From: a virus
Strand: one strand, 5' to 3'
Length of the DNA stretch: 64,000 bases
IMG/VR virus record: IMGVR_UViG_3300044959_000237
Location: 47,269 to 111,268 of that record
The notes under the pieces are model-generated. The model was not told where the DNA came from. It worked only from the letters and a program-made list of their open reading frames with translations, and did not search any database. Positions 50,176 through 58,719 of the stretch are shown here, in pieces (the first letter of the stretch is position 1; each line of letters starts with the position of its first letter). The position numbers and the translations under genes were made by a program.

Positions 50176-50730
50176 TCAACGTTTTTTCATTTTTTTCATT
50201 TTTTTCATTCTGGAAATTTCGAGAGCAATTCTGTTCAGGAGTTTCTGTGCCCTGTGTGTTCCCTTCTTGAAATCTTCGAATTCCGAGCGAATTTTTCTCG
50301 ACCGATTCAGAATTTTCTGTGAAACCATTCCGCTTTTTTCGATGAAATTCAAAACATTTTCAAGATAATTCGAAATATCTTCCAGATCGAATTCATTCAG
50401 ATCTTTCTCTGGTTTCAGAAGTTTGTCGAAAAGTCTGCGATCGAAATATTCGTAAATTTTTTCTACATAAGAATCATAATAAGAGCTTTTATAGCCTTCC
50501 TGTTCGAATCTTTCTTCTGCCTGTTTTTCGATATTCTCTACGAAAGCGGGAAACAAATCCTCGACAATTTTCGACGCGAACAAAATATCGTGAAAATTTG
50601 CAACATCCGCTATGGTTTTTCCATTTTTGTCTTTGATATAGAGAAATTCTTCCAGATACAAAGCTCTTTCGTACAATTTATCCAGATTTTCCGATATTCG
50701 ATGCAGAAGCTTCAGATTCATTTCCGTCAT
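50176..50730 (-). CDS. Late hypothetical protein, possibly head-packaged
   Basis: 184 aa; exact TATAAATA at 50759-50766; AAGGA SD. Confidence 0.65.
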   Translation of the reverse strand: MTEMNLKLLHRISENLDKLYERALYLEEFLYIKDKNGKTIADVANFHDILFASKIVEDLFPAFVENIEKQAEERFEQEGYKSSYYDSYVEKIYEYFDRRLFDKLLKPEKDLNEFDLEDISNYLENVLNFIEKSGMVSQKILNRSRKIRSEFEDFKKGTHRAQKLLNRIALEISRMKKMKKMKKR

Positions 50731-50769
50731 TTCTTTTTTTCCTTTTTTTTCTTTTATTTATTTATATGC

Positions 50770-51050
50770 AAGTTGAATTTTTACTTTTTGCAAGAGTTGC
50801 AAATCGTCTGCAACTTTGATTGCAGACTTCGATTGTTTTCGAAACCGGATGTCGGGCTTTTTAGACAATTGTTTTTGTTTCATCTGTTTTGTAATTCGGG
50901 TGTCTCGCACACGGTATCTTTTGTCAGATGCATGTTTCGACTTCTGTCTGGAACTGCAACTTCTGTCGGTCTGAAAGCAACAACTTTTGTCTGTCGAAAC
51001 TCGAATCACAAGTTACACGATAACGAGATTCGATTCATCGATGCATGATG
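50770..51050 (-). ncRNA. Second candidate structured non-coding element
   Basis: Several perfect stems (GTTTCGAC/GTCGAAAC, CATCTG/CAGATG, GTCTGCAA/TTGCAGAC, TTTGCAA/TTGCAAA) and four GACARAAG repeats. Confidence 0.4.
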
Positions 51051-51073
51051 TATGTGAAATTTTCTTTTCGCAA

Positions 51074-51367
51074 CTAAAGTTGCAGATTTTCCCGTGTGAA
51101 TACGATGAAAAAAATTTCTCCGTTTCCATAAATGATATCATTGTACTTCTGAATGCTTTCCATGAATTCTTCCAGTCGATTTTCGATCAACCACAGAATT
51201 ATGCAGCTTTTGTATTTCGAATAGACAATTGTCAGATTTTCGTTTTCGAGATCTGTTATGAAAAGATCCATGTATTTTCCGATATCGTCATTGTAGTAGA
51301 CGTTTTTTATCAAAATGTTTTTCTGTAAGTCGTATGACCAATTCACGATCATTCGAGTTCCATCCAT
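51074..51367 (-). CDS. Hypothetical protein
   Basis: ORF overlapping the end of the upstream gene; start uncertain. Confidence 0.5.
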   Translation of the reverse strand: MDGTRMIVNWSYDLQKNILIKNVYYNDDIGKYMDLFITDLENENLTIVYSKYKSCIILWLIENRLEEFMESIQKYNDIIYGNGEIFFIVFTRENLQL

Positions 51368-51786
51368 TGTTTCGTGAGAGAAATCATAACTCTGTTTTTC
51401 AGAAAACTCAACAGATTTTTGACATTGTTCTCGAAATATGCAAGATACAGGGTACATTGAATTGTTTTTTTCATTTTTCGAATCTCGACATAATGAAAAT
51501 TCAGAATGCAATACAGATCGTAATTTTTGACATGAATGATTTCACAGAAGTTTTTTTCATTTTTGTCGACATGATTGACCAAATGACTGTTTCTGTTTTC
51601 AACTTTCGAATACAGAACTTCACAATCGAAAATCGATTTGATTTTTTCGAATTTCTTTTTGCCGTTTCGGCAATGAGCTTTCAATATTCGAAATTCTCTG
51701 TTCAAACCGACATGTTGCCGAAATATGTTCAGAATTTCGTCATCTTTTGCCATAGAAATCTTCTCGAATTTTTTTTCCGATTTCAC
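51349..51786 (-). CDS. Hypothetical protein
   Basis: 145 aa ORF. Confidence 0.5.
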   Translation of the reverse strand: MKSEKKFEKISMAKDDEILNIFRQHVGLNREFRILKAHCRNGKKKFEKIKSIFDCEVLYSKVENRNSHLVNHVDKNEKNFCEIIHVKNYDLYCILNFHYVEIRKMKKTIQCTLYLAYFENNVKNLLSFLKNRVMISLTKQWMELE

Positions 51787-51805
51787 TGAATTTTTCTTTT
51801 CGAAA

Positions 51806-52456
51806 TCAATTCATGCCCCATACGACTTTCAGATATTCTTCGGAAATGATTGGATCGACTATGACAATTTTTTCGTTTCTGTCCTGCATGAAGTTTTTCG
51901 TATGAAAATCGATTCTTATTTTTTCCAAATCGAAATTCATCAACCAGTTCGACAGATAATCGATCATGCTTTCACTGTCGAAAACTTCGGCAAATTTGTT
52001 TCTGTATTTTTTCGAAAGATTGATCAATGCAACATGTGCTGCTTTCATCGATGCAGCTTTTATGTTTTTGAAATGATTTTCGAAATAACTTTTGTTCGAA
52101 GGGTCGTAAAGCACACGATTTCTTTCTTCGAAAAAATCTCTTATGAAATTTTTCACCACTTTCTGATTTTCTTTCGAAAGAGGTTCGAGTTTCTCGACTT
52201 TGAGCACATCCACGTTTTCGAATCTTTTCAGGGAAGGTATGTAAATATCGAAACTTTTCACAAATTTTGCCAAACCTGTTCCAATCAACCATTCCGATTT
52301 GTATTTGTCCACAGTTACCATGATTACGAAATTTCTGTCTTTGTCGAATACGATCGAGGTGACTCCTCTTCCGAGAAGACGAAGTTTTTCTTTCACATCC
52401 TCGGGAATCATGCTCAAATGCAGTATTTTTCTCAATTCGAGCAATCTTCTTTTCAT
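51806..52456 (-). CDS. Protein-kinase-like fold enzyme
   Basis: LGRGVTSIVF glycine loop, VEKL, catalytic loop DFHTKNFM, IVDP; TATAAATA at 52493-52500. Confidence 0.7.
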   Translation of the reverse strand: MKRRLLELRKILHLSMIPEDVKEKLRLLGRGVTSIVFDKDRNFVIMVTVDKYKSEWLIGTGLAKFVKSFDIYIPSLKRFENVDVLKVEKLEPLSKENQKVVKNFIRDFFEERNRVLYDPSNKSYFENHFKNIKAASMKAAHVALINLSKKYRNKFAEVFDSESMIDYLSNWLMNFDLEKIRIDFHTKNFMQDRNEKIVIVDPIISEEYLKVVWGMN

Positions 52457-52563
52457 GATTTTCTTTCTTCGAAAACATACGAAATTTTCAATTATTTATA
52501 ATAATTGTTGAAAAGAAATCCGATTGCGATTACAATACGAAAGTATCGAAAAAAATTCCGAAA

Positions 52564-53091
52564 TTGCGAGAGCAAATGCGATTTTCATTTCATGAAAAAA
52601 TTTTTTCGGCATTCGAATCGATTTCGAATTTTTCGAAGAAAAAAACAATCGGCAGAAAGAAAAAATTTCTTGTTTTTCTGAAAGACGAAATTCGTGAAAT
52701 TCGAATATACGATTCCGAAATTTCGATACTGAAAAAATTCGACAGAAACTTCTTCTTCTCACTTTCGAAATTCGAAAGATACATCAACATATTGATTCGT
52801 AATCTGACAGAAAAAATGCACGATTCGAAAATTCGAAGAATGATGAACATGAAAGAAGGAAAAAATTTTTTCGAAATCGTCGAAAAAAGAAATCGTCGAA
52901 ATTATTTTCTCAGATTCGAACTGGAGAATTCGAAGAAAAACGATTCGGAACATTTCTTTTCGATTCGAAAAATCATTGTGAAAACAAACAACAAAACAGC
53001 AATTCTGAGAAAGAATTCTTCCCGCTTTTTCGTTTTGGAACACGTGAATTCGAATATGAGAAAATCATTTTTCTTCAGAAGAAAAAAGTGA
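52564..53091 (+). CDS. Hypothetical basic protein
   Basis: 175 aa ORF in a stop-poor region; start uncertain. Confidence 0.4.
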   Translation: MREQMRFSFHEKIFSAFESISNFSKKKTIGRKKKFLVFLKDEIREIRIYDSEISILKKFDRNFFFSLSKFERYINILIRNLTEKMHDSKIRRMMNMKEGKNFFEIVEKRNRRNYFLRFELENSKKNDSEHFFSIRKIIVKTNNKTAILRKNSSRFFVLEHVNSNMRKSFFFRRKK

Positions 53092-53507
53092 AAAATTCGT
53101 TGTGAATTTTCGGAAACATATTCGACGATTCGTCGAAAGAAAAAAATGTCGAACTTGTCGGCATTGCAACTTCCCGAAACGAATCGAACAGGAAAAATTG
53201 TTCGAAATTCATGACAGATGTTTTCGACAGCATGAATTCGACAAATCTGTTTCTGTCGAAGAATTCGAATTTTTTTTTTCGTCGAGTTCGGACGAAATCT
53301 TCTTCCACACATGATCGAACCTGCATGAAAGCTCCGGCATACTTCGATACATGAAAAAAAAAACATTTTGAAAATTCGAAAAAACATCGATATGATTTCA
53401 TCGTGAAAAACACGAATGTCGTCGTGAATTTCGGTCATGTCGGAATTTTGCTTCGTTTTCGAAATTCGTGATTCACGAATTTCGAAATACATAAATATTT
53501 TCTGATC

Positions 53508-53582
53508 GGGGGCGTAGTGCTAACGGGAACACGTCGGTTTTGCAAGCCGAAATTGAGGGTTCGATTCCCTCCGCCTCCACCA
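53508..53582 (+). tRNA. tRNA-Ala(UGC)
   Basis: GGGGGCG/CGCCTCC acceptor with G3-U70, loop TTTGCAA, GGTTCGATTCC, encoded CCA. Confidence 0.93.
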
Positions 53583-53593
53583 GACATTCTGCA

Positions 53594-54244
53594 ATGAAGG
53601 AAAAAATTTTCATGTTGATGCACGAACTTTTCGAGGAAAGAGCGTCACAAACGGTGGAAATATTGAATTCCTTTTCGAAATTCGATAAAATCTGCATACA
53701 TTTTTCGAATATCGAAAAAATTGGAATTTATCCGAAAGCGAAATGGAACACTCCTCTCGGAATATGTACTTATCCACTGAAGGAAACGTGGAAAGAATAT
53801 CGTGGAAAAATTTCGAATTATCCTTTTGCCTCGGAACGAAAATACATCATGGTGGTGAAATATGCTCCGAATGCGAAGATATTGAACATGAATGAAATTT
53901 CGGAAAAGAACATGTACGATCTCGTAAAATTCGTATCCGATCACAATTTTCTGGAACAGAAAGAGATCATTCATGCAAGAAGAGAGGCATCGATGTCGAT
54001 TCCGGCTTACGAATATTGGAACATAACCCGAAATGTCGCACAGAAGCTTTCAGGAGAAAAAGGTGGAATTCGCATGGCAACGGCATGGAATTCCTTTCTT
54101 CGAAAAAAGCTGGGAGTGAATATCGTGGAAGATCGAAAGGGATATGGAATCATTTACAAATACGAACCGTTTCAGGTTCTCTTTCTGTCGATTTCGTCAC
54201 TGATTCATGTCAAAACCCTGATCAATCCGTTTGCCAGAAAATAG
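53594..54244 (+). CDS. Hypothetical protein, possible ADP-ribosyltransferase-like fold
   Basis: IHFS...GIYP...TPLGICTYP...DRKGYGIIYKYEPFQVLF; begins 11 nt after tRNA-Ala. Confidence 0.45.
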   Translation: MKEKIFMLMHELFEERASQTVEILNSFSKFDKICIHFSNIEKIGIYPKAKWNTPLGICTYPLKETWKEYRGKISNYPFASERKYIMVVKYAPNAKILNMNEISEKNMYDLVKFVSDHNFLEQKEIIHARREASMSIPAYEYWNITRNVAQKLSGEKGGIRMATAWNSFLRKKLGVNIVEDRKGYGIIYKYEPFQVLFLSISSLIHVKTLINPFARK

Positions 54245-54277
54245 AAAATTCGAATTTTCGAAAAAACGGTTTCGAAC

Positions 54278-55300
54278 TCAGATTTCCAGTCCGATTTCGA
54301 CCAGTTTCGAGATGTGCAGAACTCCCTTGAGTATTTTTCTGTTGTCGACAATTTCGATGACCGGTGCAACATTGTATCTTTTTCTTGTCATGATTCTCAG
54401 AACATCGGATGCGAAACTGTCCGGATTCACGAAAAAGAACTCCGTATTCATGATATCTTGCACTTTTTTTCGATTTATGTCGACATTTTCCAGACTCAGA
54501 ACTCTTCTCAGATCGAAATCCGTGACAATTCCCTGAACGACAGGATTTTCTTCTTTCGAATTTTTCACGACGACACACAGATTCTGTCTCAACGTCGTCA
54601 TTCGTAGAATCACGTTTTTGAGATTTTCGTCCGGATTCACACAAGCCGTGGAGGAAAGAGAAGTCATGATTTCGGAAACACGTACGAGTTGAATTCCCAG
54701 TTTTCCGCCCGGATGAAAATTTCTGAACGATTCCCTGTCGAAACCGATCATTCTGCTCGCGGTCACCGATATCGCGTCACCCAACAGCAGGCACAGAAGA
54801 GTACTTGTCGTGGGCGATACGTTCATATGACAGAATTCCGAATTCATCTGCAGAGGAATCACGACATCACTGTGCAATGCCAGAAAACTTTTCGAATTCG
54901 AAGTCATGGAAATCATCGGAATTCGATTTTTTCTGCAATAGAGAACCAGATCCTGCAATTCTTTCGATTCGCCGCTTTTGCTCAGAATCACGAGCATCGA
55001 TTTCGACGTGATTCTTCCGAGATCACCATGACTTGCTTCCGAAGGATGCAGATAGAAAGAAGGAAATCCCAGACTTGCCAATGTCGCCGAAAGTTTCTGT
55101 GCAATGTAACCACTTTTTCCGATTCCGGAAAATATTACATATCCGCCGGAATTTCTACATTCGATCATATGTCGTATCGTCGAATGCAACCATTCCAGAT
55201 TTCGATTTTCGAAAAATTCTTTCAGGGAAGCAATCGAATTTTTTGCTTCGTCGATGCAGGAAAGAAAAATTTTTTCGATTTCGTCGAAATTTTCGTTCAT
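54278..55300 (-). CDS. kdsD: Arabinose-5-phosphate isomerase (KdsD/KpsF/GutQ), SIS + CBS pair
   Basis: GIGKSG, HPSEASHGDLG, SKSGES, PTTST, FHPGGKLG, two CBS repeats; ATG 55300 with GAGG SD. Confidence 0.94.
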   Translation of the reverse strand: MNENFDEIEKIFLSCIDEAKNSIASLKEFFENRNLEWLHSTIRHMIECRNSGGYVIFSGIGKSGYIAQKLSATLASLGFPSFYLHPSEASHGDLGRITSKSMLVILSKSGESKELQDLVLYCRKNRIPMISMTSNSKSFLALHSDVVIPLQMNSEFCHMNVSPTTSTLLCLLLGDAISVTASRMIGFDRESFRNFHPGGKLGIQLVRVSEIMTSLSSTACVNPDENLKNVILRMTTLRQNLCVVVKNSKEENPVVQGIVTDFDLRRVLSLENVDINRKKVQDIMNTEFFFVNPDSFASDVLRIMTRKRYNVAPVIEIVDNRKILKGVLHISKLVEIGLEI

Positions 55301-55326
55301 TTTTTTCCTCGAAAAAAAAATTCCAT

Positions 55327-55400
55327 TGGAGCGGGTGATGGGAATCGAACCCACATCTTCAGCTTGGAAGGCTGACATTCTACCTTTGAACTACACCCGC
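55327..55400 (-). tRNA. tRNA-Gly(UCC)
   Basis: GCGGGTG...TCAGC-CTTCCAA-GCTGA...GGTTCGATTCC...TCCA. Confidence 0.95.
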
Positions 55401-55481
55401 ATATCTTTCACGAATATATATTCATTTCTTTCGTCTTTTTTTCTTTTTTTCTTTTTTCTTTTTTTCTTTTTTTTTCGACTC

Positions 55482-55573
55482 TGGCGGAGGGAGTGGGATT
55501 CGAACCCACGAGAAGGTCGTTTCCTTCCAACGGTTTTCAAGACCGCCGCCTTCAACCACTCGGCCATCCCTCC
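55482..55573 (-). tRNA. tRNA-Ser(UGA)
   Basis: Loop CTTGAAA, long variable arm, GCCA end. Confidence 0.95.
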
Positions 55574-55596
55574 AGAAACTTCATTTTTTTCGACTC

Positions 55597-55691
55597 TGGC
55601 GGAGGGAGTGGGATTCGAACCCACGAGGAAGTCTTTCGAACTTCCCAACGGTTTAGCAAACCGTCGCCTTCAGCCACTCGGCCATCCCTCC
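55597..55691 (-). tRNA. tRNA-Ser(GCU)
   Basis: Loop TTGCTAA, long variable arm, GCCA end. Confidence 0.95.
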
Positions 55692-55772
55692 GTCTTCTGC
55701 AGAATTCTTGCATTTTTTTCTTTTTTCGTCAAGTTTTTTTTTCGAAAAAAAAATTCTTTTTTTCGAATTTTC

Positions 55773-56132
55773 TCAATCTTCGTGAAACAGCATGTTCGCT
55801 GGCGGTATCGACAGATTTTTTCCTTCCATGACAACACACCATGTTTCCGGAGTCGCGAGAATGACGACATAATTTTTTCTGAGTTTCTGAACAAAGAAAA
55901 TCATTTCCACACCCGGAACGATATCTCCGGAACGGTTCACGAAGGATCCCTGAAGAAGAGGCTCGTAACCGGTGATCAACAGAACTTTCTTCGCGGTATT
56001 CTTCTCGATGCAGACGATATTTTCTTTTGTTTCGAATTTCGTCGAATCTTCGGCTCGAATTTCCGGAATCTGCGTCATCGTGAAAAGAAACAGGCTCGAA
56101 ACTGCAAGAAAACGAGTCATGTACTTTTTCAT
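55773..56132 (-). CDS. Small exported protein
   Basis: Signal-peptide-like MKKYMTRFLAVSSLFLFTMTQIPEIRA; GAGGAG SD. Confidence 0.6.
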   Translation of the reverse strand: MKKYMTRFLAVSSLFLFTMTQIPEIRAEDSTKFETKENIVCIEKNTAKKVLLITGYEPLLQGSFVNRSGDIVPGVEMIFFVQKLRKNYVVILATPETWCVVMEGKNLSIPPANMLFHED

Positions 56133-56224
56133 TTTCTTCTCCTCTGTTCGGGAACGAATTTCGATTCGTTCTTCTTTTTTCATTTCAGCACGAAAGAGAA
56201 AAAAAGTCAATAAATAAAAAAAAT

Positions 56225-56253
56225 TTGACAGAATTTTCTCTTTCGGTTATTTT
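56225..56253 (+). promoter_or_regulatory. sigma70-type promoter for tRNA-Thr
   Basis: TTGACA-17-TATTTT. Confidence 0.55.
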
Positions 56254-56281
56254 TTCTTTCGAAAAAGAAAATTCGAAAAAA

Positions 56282-56358
56282 GCCGTCATAGCTCAATTCG
56301 GCAGAGCATCCGCCTTGTAAGCGGGAGGTTGGGGGTTCGAGTCCCTCTGACGGCACCA
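56282..56358 (+). tRNA. tRNA-Thr(UGU)
   Basis: GCCGTCA/TGACGGC acceptor, loop CTTGTAA, GGTTCGAGTCC, ACCA. Confidence 0.95.
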
Positions 56359-56388
56359 TGTGAATTTCTTCTTCGAATTTCTTCTTCG

Positions 56389-56697
56389 TCATTCCGAAAG
56401 TTTTTTCGCTTTCAGAATTCTTTCTCTCAGCGAATCGAGATTCGCAATCTGTATTCTTGTTTTCTCGACATTCTTTTCGAGATTTTCACGCATATCCGAG
56501 AGAAAGATGTAGAGAAGATCGAGAATGTTACCGAAAATTTTTTCGCGATTCGAATTTTCTTTCGAAATTTCGTTCGAAAAATTTTTTTCTTTCGAAAGAA
56601 ATTGCTCGTAGTATTTCGAAAGTTCCGAATCTTCCGGAATTCCGTAGTAGTCGAGAAAATAGGACAGAAGAACTTCCGGATCGATTTTTTCGTTCAT
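56389..56697 (-). CDS. Hypothetical protein
   Basis: 102 aa, ATGA-coupled to the upstream gene. Confidence 0.6.
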   Translation of the reverse strand: MNEKIDPEVLLSYFLDYYGIPEDSELSKYYEQFLSKEKNFSNEISKENSNREKIFGNILDLLYIFLSDMRENLEKNVEKTRIQIANLDSLRERILKAKKLSE

Positions 56698-57158
56698 TTT
56701 CCGTTTTCTTTCTTTTCGAGATTTCGAAGAAGCTCCAGAACCTTTTTCGATTTTCTTCCTCTTCGAATCGGCAGACCCGTTTTCGCATCGATTTTCACTT
56801 CTTTCATTTCTCCATTTTCGTCGACTTCCAGACTTCTGGCAATTCGACTCAGTTCCATGTCGTCGATTCGAACGATTTTTTCACACGGAACACGAAAGAT
56901 TCTTTCTCCGACCGAATATCGATTTCGATTCACGACTCTTGCAAAAAGATTCGGCAATGTACCGATATCGACTTTCTCGACAATCATGTCGTAGAAATTT
57001 TCCCCGATTCGAATCTTTATCAGACTGTTTCTTTTCAGTATTTCCTTTTTTACCAGAAGAGCGAAAAAATTTTCCGTAGGATGAAATTTTCTGAAAATTT
57101 CCTTTCTTTTCGAAGAAACATTTATTCGGGTCGCACGATTCTTTTTCGTATTCTTCAT
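56694..57158 (-). CDS. Hypothetical basic protein
   Basis: 154 aa, AAGGAG SD, RRGRK near the C-terminus. Confidence 0.6.
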   Translation of the reverse strand: MKNTKKNRATRINVSSKRKEIFRKFHPTENFFALLVKKEILKRNSLIKIRIGENFYDMIVEKVDIGTLPNLFARVVNRNRYSVGERIFRVPCEKIVRIDDMELSRIARSLEVDENGEMKEVKIDAKTGLPIRRGRKSKKVLELLRNLEKKENGK

Positions 57159-57630
57159 TTTTTCTCTTCTCCTTTTCTTTCTTACCGACTTCTTCTTTTG
57201 TACGAAATTTTTTCGAGAATTGCAAGCAGATTGTTTTTTCGTCGTGTCGAAAAAAAAAAAATTTCTTTTTCCGGACGAAGAGAAATTTGGAAATTTTTCC
57301 CGATTCGGAAAAAAACTTCTTTCATGGAAATTCGAAGAAAACGACTTTTTCCGAATTCGTCGAAGAAGCCGGATACTCGTATGTTTCCGGCATCGAATTC
57401 ATTTTTTTTTTTCCGAAAGTTCTTTCTTTCGAACTTCTTTCATCGTATTCGAAAAATTCTTTTCTGTCGATTTCTTTTTTTCGAAAATCGAATTCTGCTT
57501 TTCGGAAATTCGCTGTTTTTTCGACCTGTTCCTGCAGAATTCCATACAGAATTTTTTTTTTCGCCACCACTTTCGCCATCGGCCGAACAACCGGACAATT
57601 CGGGACATATTCATACCGATTTCATCATAT

Positions 57631-58719
57631 TCAGATTCCAGTCACGAGAAATACACCTGTCGATTTTTTGATTATGAAATAAAATCGGTTCGCATTCGAA
57701 TTGACGACATTTCCCGGTATCAGTGTGACTCCGGTACCTGCCTGTATGTTTCCATTGTTCTGTTCGAAATAGATACCGACCGAATCGCCAATCGCAAATC
57801 CCGAATCGATAATTCGAAATGTAATTCCGTCTTCGGCAATCAGGGTTCGATTGTTGTATGCACCGGATACGCCGATGATTCCGGGAGAAGTTGCCGTATT
57901 GAATATCGAAGCACCGAAATTCAGTTTCGACGGTTTCGCACTTGCAAGAATTTCGTTTCCGTTGGAATATATTTCGATATTTGCACTTTCTTTCAATGTC
58001 TTCGAAGAAATTTCATTGCTGCTGACACTCGCAACAAGTGCTTCACCCGTACCGAGAGAACTGACCCGTACCTCTTTCGAATGAATTGTAATTTCATTGG
58101 CAGTAATTGTCAGGGTTATGTTGTTTCCGGCTTTCAGAGTTCTTGCCGTAAGCTCGTCGTGAAAAGAATTCGTGCTCGTAACCGTTTTCAGAATTGCATG
58201 ACCTGTACCAAGTGAACTGACTGTAAGATTTTTCGCATTGATGACCAGTTGTCCGGAATTGTCGGTGAAATATATGTTGTTTCCGGATTGAATCTTGAGA
58301 AAACTCATCTCGTCTGCACTGAGTTCCGATACAATTGGTATACCGGTAGCAGGATTCGAACTTACAGTCAGTAATCGGTTCGGTGTAAAAACAGACCACG
58401 AATTGAATGCAGTTTTGATATATTCCTTGTTGTTCACAATCGAATATACGATATATCCGATTGGTACATTTATGAATTCCCATGAACCATTCGACCACAA
58501 TGCAAGTTTTCCTTCCTGTCCGGACCATATGCCTGTCGCCGGTGACGTGACAACATAAACCGATCCTTCGGTCGGACCGGAAGGAACCGTATTTCTCAAT
58601 TCCTGAACAACATGCTGAACAACCGATTCGAGAATACGCATGTTGCGATTTATCGTAAGTTCTTTCGATGCCTGATTCGGTACCAGATCCCGAAGTCCCA
58701 GAATTGGTGTTTTCGTCAT
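57631..58719 (-). CDS. Tail fibre protein with an N-terminal DUF2793-like domain
   Basis: TPILGL...QASKELTIN...PSGPTEGSVYVV...ATGIWSGQEGKLALWSNGSWEF; SLGTG / TLKAGNNITL fibre repeats. Confidence 0.8.
   Translation of the reverse strand: MTKTPILGLRDLVPNQASKELTINRNMRILESVVQHVVQELRNTVPSGPTEGSVYVVTSPATGIWSGQEGKLALWSNGSWEFINVPIGYIVYSIVNNKEYIKTAFNSWSVFTPNRLLTVSSNPATGIPIVSELSADEMSFLKIQSGNNIYFTDNSGQLVINAKNLTVSSLGTGHAILKTVTSTNSFHDELTARTLKAGNNITLTITANEITIHSKEVRVSSLGTGEALVASVSSNEISSKTLKESANIEIYSNGNEILASAKPSKLNFGASIFNTATSPGIIGVSGAYNNRTLIAEDGITFRIIDSGFAIGDSVGIYFEQNNGNIQAGTGVTLIPGNVVNSNANRFYFIIKKSTGVFLVTGI

Noticed and set aside
53508-53582. tRNA-Cys(GCA) reading
   Set aside because: The 7-nt loop TTTGCAA centres on TGC, and the G3-U70 pair marks Ala
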